A stretch of DNA of 64,000 nucleotides from Eledone cirrhosa (taxonomy: Eukaryota). Shown here piece after piece: positions 43,730-59,660 of this stretch; the stretch's first letter is position 1; every line of letters begins with the position of its first letter. A program made the position numbers and the translations under genes. The stretch lies in assembly GCA_964016885.1 (NCBI GenBank), contig OZ024740.1, forward strand, positions 93,682,001 to 93,746,000, written 5' to 3'. The notes under the pieces are model-generated. The model was not told the origin of the DNA and did no database searches. It saw only the letters and a program-made list of their open reading frames with translations.

Positions 43730-44950
43730 GTATTTTGGCTCCACTTCCACCTCCTTTAAAGCTCGTCTTTATAATCATCATTCGTCTTTTAAATACCAAC
43801 TTAAAAGAACAAACACGGCTCTCTCAGAATTCATATGGTCCTTGAAAGACAACAATATTAAATATAACATCTCTTGGAAAAAGGTTTCTTCTGCTTCTAC
43901 ATACTTGAACAGTTCTCTATCCAACGCCTGCAATCTCTGTCTAAATGAAAAATGTACCATTATATCTAATTTAGATTCTATAATAAATAGACGCACTGAC
44001 TTGTTTACTATCTGCTTGCATACATTCCACAGAACTTTCCATAAATTATACAACTAATATCCTAAACTTTATCGATTCAGATCCTTTTCTCAAAGGCACA
44101 TATATATATATATATATATACTTCTTTAAAAATATACCCATCTTTCTACCTTATTTCAAAGTTATTTATTATACATTATATAATACTTGTTACTCATTCT
44201 ATATCACTCCTATTTATCACTTCCCTTTCTTCCTTCTCCTTTTCTTTTCTTTTTCTTCTAATTTCTAACCCCTAAACTGTACCTTTTCTCACTGTGCCTA
44301 ACATAGAAACAATTATTACACAATACTAAATATTCTTACTTTATATCACCTTGAAAAAATCCTTCGTAAACATAAACATTTTTTTTTACGTTAGATTATT
44401 CATCCTCTATTCATTAATTTGTTCTCACTTTCATCTAACTTATTCATGCTCATCTCACAATATACCCTTACTTACATTTCTTTTGTTTTTTTTTAATAAT
44501 ACATATCAACATTTTCTTTCCACCGCACATATTAAACCCTTAAATATTATTCTTAATACATATTAACATTTTCTTTCCATCGCACGTGTTATTAAACCCT
44601 TAAATATTATTCTTAATACATATTAACAATTTCTTTTCATCGCACATATTATTAAATCCTTCAATATACAAACCTTAACTTTACATTATTTTTCTCTTCG
44701 TTAATTTTCAAATTCTTTTAATTTATACATTATCTTCCAACGGTTTTTCAACCTCTCTATGTAAAACAATATATTTTTCTCAGTTATAAAAGCTATCTCT
44801 CTCTCTCTATCACCCATCTCTCCTCCTATCTCATCCTTCCTCATTATACTCCTCCCCCACCAATTTTTACTCCCATCTCCTCCTCTTTTTCATCCTTTCC
44901 AACCCCCAACCCCCTCAAAACATTTTTTTCCCTATATCACACATCAATCT
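43729..44950 (+). mobile_element. PLE GIY-YIG endonuclease 3' fragment (Hydra-like) with pyrimidine-rich 3' UTR
   Basis: [21 protein letters not shown]...[12 protein letters not shown]...ISWK...[12 protein letters not shown]...[12 protein letters not shown] (stop 44057); three ~60-bp tandem repeats at 44505-44670; UTR extent uncertain. Confidence 0.8.
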
Positions 44951-45126
44951 AAAACTACTGTTCATATGTTGATTTAAAACTGCACTATCCACAAGTGTGT
45001 TTAACCTTCATATCATGTCTTCCTATTTTATCTGATGAAAAAACAAATGTTATTGCATGAAGATATTTGTTTTTGAAATGCGCATAATAAAATACATGGA
45101 ACTCATTTAACCATCTTTTGATATTA

Positions 45127-45235
<109 letters not shown>

Positions 45236-45369
45236 TATATATATATATGAATATATATATATATATATCAATGTGTATTATTAAATGATCATTGCCAGTG
45301 TCCGACGAACCTGCAGTTCCAAAATCAGACAGATCAATACAATGTTCGTGTCTCGAGCTGTCTGCCAGC

Positions 45370-45425
45370 GAAACAATTGTATCACACAATAAACTGAGTG
45401 CAGATGCATCACTGATTTTGCGTTT

Positions 45426-45464
<39 letters not shown>

Positions 45465-46163
45465 GATAGATCTACCAAAATATACGGCAGTGTCCAATCT
45501 GTAACTCAATGTAATCCAAATATCATGAAATGAGATGTGTTCAAATTTGTTTTCGATGAAAATCACAGAAAAACAGAGTCAAGATATATTAATAAATACA
45601 AGAAACAGTTCCTTATATTAAAAAAATTCATAATTTTACGATCGTTTCTAGGATATATATGTGTGTGTTGGTATGTGTATCATATATATCTATGTCAACA
45701 TTTTACAATTCAGAGGGAATATACATACCTACACATATATATTTGTTGTTTTCTTTCAATAAACAAATATCATTATTTCTGAAGACAGCATATATATGTG
45801 TAGCTATGTATACACCCTCTGATAGTTTGTAAACATTTTACATAGATCTATATAATACACATACCAACACACACATATATATCCTAGAAACGATCGTAAA
45901 ATGATGAATCGTTTAATATAAGGAACTGTTTCTTTGTTTTTATTCATTGTTTTTATTAATATGTCTTGAATCTGTTTTTCTGTGATTGTGATCTAAAAAA
46001 AAATTTGAACACATCTCATTTCATGATATTTAGATTACATTGAGTTACAGATTGGACACTGCCGTATATTTTGGTAGATCTATCTACATATATATATATA
46101 TATATATACATAATATAAAACGAAAAATCAGTGGTGCATCTGCACTCAATTTATTGTGTTACA

Positions 46164-46170
<7 letters not shown>
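45370..46170. repeat. ~800-bp composite palindrome (centre ~45765) spanning two repeat families and (TA)n tracts
   Basis: 45460-45745 is the reverse complement of 45790-46088; 45372-45432 is the reverse complement of 46112-46168; 45308-45430 matches 26996-27120. Confidence 0.9.
45770..45907 (+). ncRNA. Type I hammerhead ribozyme with ~100-nt stem-loop II
   Basis: TCATTATTT-CTGAAGA-[101 nt; CAGCATATATATGTGT...ACACATATATATCCTA]-GAAA-CGATCG-TA-AAATGATGA; 9-bp stem I; also at 30635-30776 (+) and ~28353-28495 (-). Confidence 0.7.
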
Positions 46171-46238
<68 letters not shown>

Positions 46239-46322
46239 ATATATACAAATATGTATTTATATATATATATATACACGCATTTACATACACATGTACACAC
46301 ACACATGCACGCATACACACAT

Positions 46323-46373
<51 letters not shown>

Positions 46374-46618
46374 TGTTATAAATAACATTACATAGTTATT
46401 TCAGTTACCAAATGTTGAACGAAGACAGGATTCGGTCGTCAGAATGAACATTTATTTAAATAAATGTTCATTCTGTGTCAACCTTGTCTGTTTTCGAGAA
46501 ACCTTTGGTAAATGAAATAAATATTTACGTTGTTTATTAAATAACTAAAAAAGCTCTGTAGCCTATATAAAACACTCTATTTCCCTTTACATTTCCTACG
46601 GAAACATTTCACACACAA

Positions 46619-46650
<32 letters not shown>

Positions 46651-47489
46651 GTGTGTAAGAGGTAAACAGAAATAACAACACAATCAGTACAGTATATGGA
46701 AGGTATATATTAGGTTAATGCTTCATATAGCAGGAAGAGGATCTTAACGTTTCGCACGCTAGTCCTTCACCAGCAGAAACAATGAGAAATAAAATAGATT
46801 GAGAGGACCGGCGGGTTTGAAATGGAAAATATGTCTTCAGATAAAAATAACAGATCCATTCATGTTGACATCTCTATATTTAATTGATACAGCTTACCAC
46901 GTCGTATATGTGTTACAGCAGTACACATTCAAAAGGGATCAATTTACATAATACTATGTAATATAATTAAATTAGTCTGAAATAAAAACATAAAAATCAT
47001 TAGAACAGAAAATAAAAATGTATATTTTAGTCAGTATTGTAATAATGTCTGCAGTATCATTGACGAAAATGCGATAGGATTGTCTATCCATCGAAAGACA
47101 CACACACACAAGCGCACGCACACACACACACGCGCGCACGCGCACACACATACACGTGCGCACACACACACACACACACATACACACCCATACACGCATA
47201 CCCACACACACATATATATATATATTAATTTATTAAACTAACAGATTAAAACTTTAGCAACGAACGCTGCTTTCACCCTTAACGGGATATTCTGAAACTA
47301 GAAAAATCAATCTGTGAACGCCGAAGTAAATATGTCGAATGTGGGCTAATAAATGTAATTATTTCACCTGGTTTATGATAAGGGTAATATAAGTCTTTGT
47401 TAAAATCTAGTGTAACGTCCTGGAAGTTTACTAGTTCATGGTTCGGCTCGATGGTGATAGAGAGACGGTTATTTTTAAAGAATCTATCA

Positions 47490-49570
47490 TAAAAAATCTA
47501 CCATTCCTATCCTGGTCAGGAAGGCCCACCTCAGACTCCTAATACAGAGTGTCAACTCTTTCCTCCGAAGAATACGATGGAAGGCCTTCCACCTCAACTG
47601 AGCGGGTGCTGCTGACGCCGGAAGTACAGCAAACAGATAAGGATTTACCACCTGCAAGAACCCTCCACACAACATCCTGCTGGACCATTTTGAGAAAGAA
47701 CTATTTAACTTCGTCAGGAGCATTAAATTCAAAAACTATTATAGACACAACAATAATTTCCTCACAAAATTTGCAACAACTTAAAAAAAAATGTAAGGAT
47801 CGCCACCTCTTACATGTTATGTCTGACAAAACCAAAAGTCTATACACCATGACTCCTGAAACTTACAACTCTTTCCTTCTTAAGGAACTATAATAAAAAC
47901 TATTTAAAAAACTATACCCTCGAATGTAAACTTACTTAACCGAAAAGCCCACGTTCTGGTTAATGACTTGCATCTGAATAGTTTCACCCACCCTTATGTA
48001 CCTACAACCCCTAGCTTTTCTCTCAAGGATCCCAAGCTAAACTTTATTGAGGACCGATCTGTTAGACTTATAAGCCCAACTACATCTGACTTGGGTCGTA
48101 TCAGTATGAACATCCTCGATAGGATCATCCCTGGGCTATGAGATGATATCACCTACCAGCTGTGGTCTAACACCGGCCAAGTCATCAGATGGAACTCCGA
48201 TTGTTCTCCGATGGTCCTCCATGAGGTTCCTCCAATTTGACATTGACAGCTACTACGCTTCAATAACGCCGCACTGCTTAACAAAGCATTAACCCTAGCC
48301 AGCACTAACTCTGATATAACCAATAACGAGATTGACATCATACTTATGGCTAGGCACACCATCATTGAATTCAACTGTTGATTCTGGACTAGAAAGGACA
48401 GAACAGACAACTTCGACATAACTATGAACTCAAGCGACTCTGCGCAAATCACCGATTTAATTGGAATCTACCTATTACATAACATCAGAGCTGAAATCCA
48501 ACCCTTTCAAGGCTGAATATATAGGGACGACGCCCTATTTGTAGTCCACAATTGCACTAATCGAGGCATTGATTTGCTCAAAAAACAATTAGATAGATTC
48601 TTTAAAATTAACGGTCTCTCTTTCACCATCGAGCCGAACCATAAAGTAGTAAACTTCCTGGACGTTACCCTAGATCTTAACAATAGCTTATAATACCCTT
48701 ATCATAAACCAGGTGAAAACCGGATGTCATCTGAGCAGTCATCAAGTCTATCTCATATAGGATCTCCATGCTATTCGCGAATGAGGAGATATTTATAAAT
48801 CATGCGGCATATTATAATAAAGCTATTTCTGAATCTGGTTATGAACAGTCCATTTCCTACATACCTGAAGGCCATAACACAGCACTTCACCACAACCATA
48901 ATAAACTTAACACTGGAACAAGAAATACTTTAGCATATAGCCAGATTCGCCGGAATTTTAGCAGTAACAGCACCTATACAGGGAACATTAATGGTGGCAG
49001 CGGCCTACTTCCCACTCCAAGTAGCAGACACAAAATCAACCCTAGAATAGGGATGAGTAATGGGATGACAAATAACAAATGCCCAGGTAATAATGACCAT
49101 ATGAAGGCCCCTGCTAACTCTAATAAAACCCCTAGAAGGAATAGGCCTAGAAATTTCACCTGGCTTAACCCCATATTATCATCTAACTTAGCCACTAATA
49201 TCCTTAAACACTTCTTCTCTATCCTATCTAAACATCCCCCCTCCCAACCAAAGATATTACAAACTCTTTAATATAAACAACATTAAAATCTCATTATCCA
49301 CAACACCTAACCTAGCTAGCCACATCGCATATAGTAACCGTCATAAATTAAGACAGTATAACACCCACACCGCGGTACCACCACCCTCCTCAAATACACC
49401 ACGCCACTACACCAATACTTATTCTAGTAGCATACCTCCCCCATATAATCCTTCTAGCACACACCAGCCGCATAGTTTAAACAACCCTACTCTCACTAAC
49501 CGCAGCAGTAACTGCAACTGCCGTTACCCTAATACATGCCCACTAAATGGACAATGCCTTACACCCAATA
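47490..49570 (+). mobile_element. Hydra-like Penelope element ORF (N-terminus to linker; EN missing), pseudogenised
   Basis: STIPI...LRRIRWKAF; SDKTKSLY; FSLKDPKLNF...RLISP..DLGRIS..ILD; FLQFDIDSYY; FDITMNSSDSAQITDLIGIYLL; IYRDDA; VNFLDVTLDL; RNFTWLNP; KLFNINNIKIS; CNCRYPNTCPLNGQC; broken at a microsatellite. Confidence 0.88.
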
Positions 49571-49596
49571 TATATGTATGTAAATATGTATGTAAG

Positions 49597-52616
<3,020 letters not shown>

Positions 52617-52633
52617 TACATATATATATACAC

Positions 52634-54712
52634 AATATGTTGAAAGGTTAACACACTAGAGAGAGATACAGTGCGCTATCAATAAAACAGGGAAAAAGCA
52701 CCACTGTCTGGAATCTATAACCTATGAAAGGCAGACTATAGACACGATAATTAAAAATATAAATTAAAGCGTAAATAAATACATCTATAACTATATAACA
52801 CACGTACCAATCCAAGGCTATACATTTCAGACAACACTAAGAGAATTTTAAAGTGACTGTCCAACTACACGTGGGAGAGAGAAGTCACAGCGTTTTTAAG
52901 GGCAGTGGCCTCTGAGGGACGAGATGCTAGAAAAGGCAGCCCAAAACCACTCAGAGAAGGGTGCTCAACCAAACAGAGTGAGAGGAAAAACTTTTATAAG
53001 TGCGAAATATCCCGATAAATTAACGGAACGATAGACTCTCGCCATTCCCTGTAATTAATGTGCTCAAAACCTGAGCTCTTGAAAATAGAATATGTTGAAA
53101 AGGTAACACACTAGAGAGAGATACAGTGCGCTATCAATAAAACAGGGAAAAACAACCCGTGTATGGAATCTACAACCTATGAAAGGCAGACTCAGACTCA
53201 GACTCAGACTCAGAAGCCCCCGCGTCTTGCGGCGCATGAGGCAATCATAATGTTCCACCGCGTTCGGTTCGCAGCCAGTTGCACAGCGTCACGCCATTGT
53301 CTGTTTGTCGCTCGCAGGTCCCTCTCAACTGTCTGTCGCCAGTTCATTTTGGGTCGCCCTCTCCTTCTGCTTCCCTGTGGGTTCCATTTAAGTACTTGGT
53401 TCGCCAGTCTCTCCGGGGGAAGTCTCAAAGCGTGCCCAAACCAGCCCAGGCGTCGCTTGCAGATGGCAGAAGAGACTAGCTGCTGGTTGGTGCGGTTCCT
53501 GACTTCCTGGTTTGTTACCTGGTCACTCCATTTAATCCCCAGGATCTTTCGCAGACACCTCGAATCGAATGCGTCCAACTTCTTCTCTTGGTGGTCTTAA
53601 GGTGTCATGTTTCACTTCCGTACAAGAGTGTGGACAGCACGTTGCTGTTGTAGAATCTCATCTTTGTTTTGAGGGTGAACTTCCTGCTCTTCCAGATCTT
53701 GACAAGCCGGTTAAATGCTTATGAAGCCTTTCCCATTCTCCATTGCAATTCACTGTCCATGGCGCCCCCATTGTCAATGGAGCTTCCCAGGTAGGTGAAG
53801 CTGTCCACTATCTCCACGTCCCCCTGTGCAATGAAAACACTAGTTGGTGATGGGAGTGTCCCAGATAACATGCTTTTGGTCTTCTTAGCACTGATATTGA
53901 GACCTAAGCTTCCTGCTTCGACATTGATATTGTTCATAATGATTTGCAGGTCAGCTGTGCTCTCTGCAAGTGCAACAATATCATAAAAGCAGACTAGAGA
54001 CACGATAATTAAAAATATAAATTAAAGCGGAAATAAATACCTCTATAACTATATAACACACGTACAAATCCAAAGAGATCTGTTACGCCAGTAAATTGTT
54101 GACAGAAATGAAATAACCAGGGTTCTTCATGGTGTGTAATGCTATACATTTCAGACAACACTAAGAGAAATTTAAAAGTGACTGTCCAGCTACACGTGGG
54201 AGAGATAAGTCACGGCGTGTTTAAGGGCAGTGAACCAGTGGCCTCTGAGGGACGACCTGCTAGAAAGGGCAGCCCCAAACCACACAGAGAAGTGTGCTCA
54301 ACAAAACAGAGAGAGAGAAAAGAATGTTATAAGGAACGAAATATCACGATAAATTAACGGAGCAATAGACTCTCGCCATTCCCTGTAAATAATGTGCTCA
54401 AAGGAGAGGAAATCCCGAGCTTTTAAAATAAAATATTTTGAAAAGGTAACACACTAGAGAGAGATAAAGTGCGCTATCAATAAATAGGGAAAAAGCACCA
54501 GTGTATGGAATCTATAACCTATGAAAGGCAGACTATAGATACGATAAATAAAAATATAAATTAAAGCGTAAATAAATACCTCTATTACTAAATAACCCAC
54601 GTAAAAATCCAAAGATATATTGTATTTTAAAGAGCTCAGGATTTCCTCTCCTTTCAGCACATTATTTACAGGGAATGCCGAGAGTCTATGGCTCCGTTAA
54701 TTTATCGTGATA
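52634..54712. repeat. Tandem array of a ~455-520-bp unit (2.4 copies) plus terminal inverted piece, interrupted by a LINE
   Basis: ACACACTAGAGAGAGATA.AGTGCGCTATCAATAAA at ~52651, ~53106 and ~54449; 54622-54712 is the reverse complement of 54342-54433. Confidence 0.85.
53192..53982 (-). mobile_element. 5'-truncated RTE-clade LINE with (AGTCTG)n tail and TSD
   Basis: DIVALAES...GLNISAKKTKSM...FTYLGS; YNSNVLSTLLYGSET; DAFDSRCLRKILGIKWSD...RRLGWFGH...GRPKMNW; TSD-like AT.AAA(G)GCAGACT on both sides. Confidence 0.9.
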
Positions 54713-54744
54713 TATATATATATAGATATATAAATGTATATATG

Positions 54745-55040
54745 TATAAGCCGGGTACAAACCCGAGATCCCTGGACGAGTTCTCTCCAGCGATCTCTGT
54801 CCCTCATCATCGCTGCCATGTCCTGAACATTAATCAGTATACACTTAGGATGAAACACTCAGAGCTGTATGGGAGCATCCCAAATGTCAGCTAAAAAGTG
54901 ACACAGAGGACACTGGGGTTAGCTGGGCATGCTCACCGACATCCAGATTTGACATTGCACTCAGAAACACTAGAAGAGAAGGCCAAGTTTAAGGTACGTT
55001 GATGCCCTAAGGACAGACACTGGTCTGTTGGAGACGCAGG

Positions 55041-55042
<2 letters not shown>
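54745..55042. mobile_element. Short RTE LINE 3' fragment with internal inversion (same family as 63290-64000)
   Basis: 54745-54825 matches 63291-63371 directly; 54823-55042 matches 63367-63610 in reverse complement. Confidence 0.85.
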
Positions 55043-55074
<32 letters not shown>

Positions 55075-55164
55075 TGCCCACCTCGTTATCGAGTATGGCC
55101 ATTACACGAGGAGAAAAACAAATATATATATATATTAATAAATAAAAAAAATAAAAAAATAAAA

Positions 55165-55200
<36 letters not shown>

Positions 55201-55384
55201 ACATACATATACATACATACACACATATATATATACACACTACACACATATACATTAATAACAATAATAATAACAACAATAATAATAACGACAACAACAA
55301 CAATAATAATATACATACACACATATATATATACACACGCATGCACACACTTAAACATATCTATACACACACACACACACGATA

Positions 55385-58300
55385 GCAATTAACAGCGCTG
55401 CGATCGAATGTGGCTTTTTAGACCAGCCAATGATCTAAAATGTCTTGCACAGAGTCGGCAACCAAAACATTCACTGGGAATAGCCGGCTGTGGTTGAGGT
55501 TCATGTACTTTCGCATGTCGCTTGAGCCCTCCTGCTGATTTACATTCTCTACCAGATGTTTGGCAAGCATGATGAGTAGCATCTCCAACAGCAGCCTGGT
55601 AGTCAACCGCTGGTCTTACTTTATGACTGCGAAGATGACTTTCGAGTCCAGCTTTGATTAGGCAGAGTCTCGGACAGACGCTGCATTATAGCTCCATAGG
55701 AGGATCCTCGCCGTCTGGAAGTGCAACAGCAATGCCCTTCCTCACATCCCGCTTTACTTTCTCGTTTGCGATTCGAGATGCCTCAAAGGCAACTTTTCCC
55801 TCATATACAATCTTTCTTCATTTATTACGATCAGCAGCAATAGTTTCCCATCTATCAGCAGAGATATTAGCGTCTTTCAAAGAGGCTTTCAAGGAATCCT
55901 TATACCTCTTTTCTGGTTTATGTGGCGGTCGTTTTCCTTTAATCAACTCTACATGAAAGAGATGTTTCGGTATTCTAGAATCCTTCATCCTGGATAGGTG
56001 ACCATTCCAACGGAGTCGTTGCTTAAGCACAAGAGCCTCTATACTGTCACACATAGAGCTTTCCAAAATCTCGACATCACTGATGTGGTCCCTCCAGTGA
56101 ACGCCATGGATCCGTGTGAGACACATCTGATGGAAACGCTCCAATTGCTTAAGGTGGTGTCGATATGTTACCCACGTCTCGCAGGCATAGATAAGACAAG
56201 AGAGCACACATGCCTTGTACACCTTTACCTTTGTCCTCCTGCATATGTCTCGCCGACCCGAGAGTCGCCTTTCTAGCTTTCCGAAAGCATCACTTGCTTT
56301 CCTAATCCTAAGTGAGATTTCACTGTCAAGGTTGCCGTATCGATTGACAGTGCTTCCCAGGTAGACAAACAGATCAACCACTCCAAGTCGTTTACCATAC
56401 ACATAGATATTTGGTTCAGTGTACTGCTTACCAGGGGCAGGTTGGTACATGACGACGGTTTTCTTGAGACTGAGAGTCAATCCTAGGGCAGTGCAAGCGT
56501 CAGAAAATGCATTCAAAATGTGTTGCATATCAGTCTCTGTGTGCGCTACAAGATCGCAACATCTGGATACAAGAGGTCTCTTATGATTGACGTAAAAAAT
56601 GTTGTCTTTACAGCAACGCGCCTGATGTTAAATATGCTGTCTGGGGTTCGATATCGGATGTAAACACCATGCTCGCAATTCCTGAATGCAATACAGAAAA
56701 CCATTGCAAAGTATATTGCAAACAGGGTCGGTGCTGGAATATCCCCCTGTTTCACTCCATTTTTTACTGAGATAGGCTCCGACATGTTACTTCCGACATT
56801 AACCCAAGCCTTCATGTCGTCATGGAAATACCTAATTAAAGCAAGGAACTTATCAGGGCAACCAAGTTTCTGGAGAACCTTCGATAATGCATCTCTGTTA
56901 ATATTATCGAAAGCGTTTGTCAGATAGACAAAAACTAGATACAGATCCAAACCTTGTTCCATGCAGTTGCCCTGGAGCTGTCTAGCTGAGAAGATCATAT
57001 CAGTAGTGCCGCGTCCAGCACGAAAACCAGATTGACTCTCAGGAAGAAGACAATATGCAATGTGTCAGCAGACGGTCCAGAGCAGCCTACAAAAAACATT
57101 CTCTACGACAGAAAGCAATGATATACCTCTGTAGTTCTCACACTCATTCCTGTTACCCTTTCCCTTGTACAAAACCGACCACCATTACTGCATCTCTTCA
57201 GTCCTCAGGTACGGATTCATTAACCCATATGCTGTCAAAGATAGAGTGAAGATGTTGCGGGAGTCTCTCACCACCATATTGTAGGAGCTCAGCATGTATG
57301 CCATCCATACCTGGAGACCTTCCACTGTTCAGCTTCGAGATAGCCACTGCAACCTCCACAAGCGTTGGAGGTTCTGCGAGAGCTACTTTCACAGAACTTT
57401 CTGGAATGAGATTGAGGAAATCTTCACTGACGACAGACGGCTGATTCAAAAGATCATCAAAGTGAGCTCACCACCTTCGTAGAATTTCCTTGTGAGTCAC
57501 GAAGAATTTCTTTGCCATCCTTGCTGCGAAGCGGTGTCACCAGAGAAGACGGTCCATAAACCTCACGCAAGAAACTGTACAACAGTTTTGTGTTATTGGA
57601 ATCTGACGCAGTTTGTATCTCACCAGCCTTCTCACTCCACCACTGATCCTTCATCTGAGAAAGACTCCGCCTAACACGTGATTTTACATCCTTGAGTTCC
57701 TCATGCAACGTATTCCTCTCCTGTGTTTTTGCCGTCAAGTAGCCAGACAGAGCACGCCTCTTATCAGCCAACATGTCTTCTATATGTACATCATTCTCAT
57801 TGAACCAGTCCTGATATTTTCTCTGCACCAATCCCAGAACACGCCTGCCTACATCATAAACCGACTTTTTAAGGGTCGGCCAATCCTCACCAAGATCTGC
57901 AGCACGCATCTCTTCTTCGAATGTCCTCTTCACATGTTTATCCTTAAGACGAGCAGCATTCAATATGTTGGGCATGGCAACACCAGGAGCCCGGATTTTA
58001 CGTTTAGTGATTAGTTTCACTTTTGCGCGTACCAGGCGGTGGTCCGTCCAGCACTCAGCTCCTCGAAGAGCAGGAACACACTTCACATCCTGTCTGTCAC
58101 GCATCCTGACTAGGACGTAGTTCAAAATATGCCATTCCTTAGATGCAGGATGCATCCATGTGGTCTTGAATTTGTTCTTTTGTTGGCACATGGTGTTGCT
58201 AACACGCAGATCCAGCTCCTCACACATCTGCAGCAGGAGCATACCATTGTTGTTACACTTTCCCGCCCCATGCCTTCCGATTACATTCCATGTGTTAAAA

Positions 58301-58870
58301 TCCCTACCCACTCTAGCATTAACGTCACCAAGTACGATGACTTTGTCTGCCTGAGGGTTATTAAAACTCCTTTCAAGGCATGGTAAAAGGACACTTTTTC
58401 TTCATCGACAGAATTCATAGTTGGAGCATACACACTCACCAGGGCCGCATATCTTCCTTTGTCCAGCGGAATTCTCATGGACCTAAGACGCGCACTAATC
58501 CCAACTGGGTATTCTTATAATGTATTCACAAGAACTGTCTTAACAGCAAATCCTACCCCAGCCTCTCTTCTGGTTCCTTCATCTCTTCCTTTCCAGAAGA
58601 ATGAATATTTTCCACAAAATTCTGTAAGATGACCATCTCCAGCTAACCTCGTCTCAGATAAAGCCATGATGTCAAGATCGTAACGTCGAAGCTCCTTTGC
58701 AACAAGAGCAGTCCTTCGTTCAGGACGCTCCAATGTATCCCTGTCAAGCAGCGTCCGTACGTTCCAGCAGCCAAGACTAAATGGCTTCTTTGGCTCTATT
58801 ACAATGGCACGATGACGAGCGGGCCCTGGCTGTGATAACCTATGGCCCCTGCGCTTTTTGCCAATTATCT
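55385..58870 (-). mobile_element. Near full-length RTE/BovB-like LINE (APE endonuclease + RT + C-terminal C2H2 fingers), pseudogenised
   Basis: WNVRTLLDR...PERRTALVAKELRRYDLDIMALSETRL; SVYAPT; TTWMHP; CWTDHRLV; ESQSGFRAGRGTTDMIF; GVKQGD.PAPTLF; FVYLGS; LIYACETW; (GT)n tail. GC-rich 58995-59282 may be its displaced 5' UTR. Confidence 0.93.
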
Positions 58871-59474
58871 TTTTTGTTCCAGAACCTAAATTGCCAATTA
58901 TCTATTTTATATTGTTCTGGAATATCATTGAATTGGAAAATAAAAAGTAATAATAATAGTAACAATAATAATAATAATTATTATTATTATTATTATTAAT
59001 GCACTCGTGCAATGCCTGTGAGTGACGAATATTTTTTAAAGTGAGGATAGACTGTGCACTGAGCCAATCGCACTCTCTGAGCACAGTAGCCATGACCCGA
59101 AAAGAAGAAAAAATCAACATCATCGGTAACTACTGAGCCGCAGGTTTTATGTCGGAGTTAACCCAGTTTCCTGTGATGCCTTGTCCAAGAAGAATGCCCT
59201 GACAAAGGCTAGGGGTTCTTCACTCCCAGTGGTTTAACTGCGCGATCGGGCATCCAGCCCGTTTATTTCCCTGTCCCCGCGCAAAAAAACAAAAAAAAAA
59301 CATAATTATTGACACTTATACGCACGACATACACACATACGCATACATACGAGCGCTCACACACGCATACATTCGCGCGCACACACATATATATATATAT
59401 ATACACACATATATACACACATACACACACACATATATATCTATATACACATACATACATACAAGCATATATAA

Positions 59475-59511
<37 letters not shown>

Positions 59512-59660
59512 CATATATATACATATATGTATACACACACACATATACATATATATATGTATATACTTACATATACATGCTTGAACATACACACATACAT
59601 ATACATATATATATAACACATATATACACATACATACATAGATATATATAATTATTTTCA

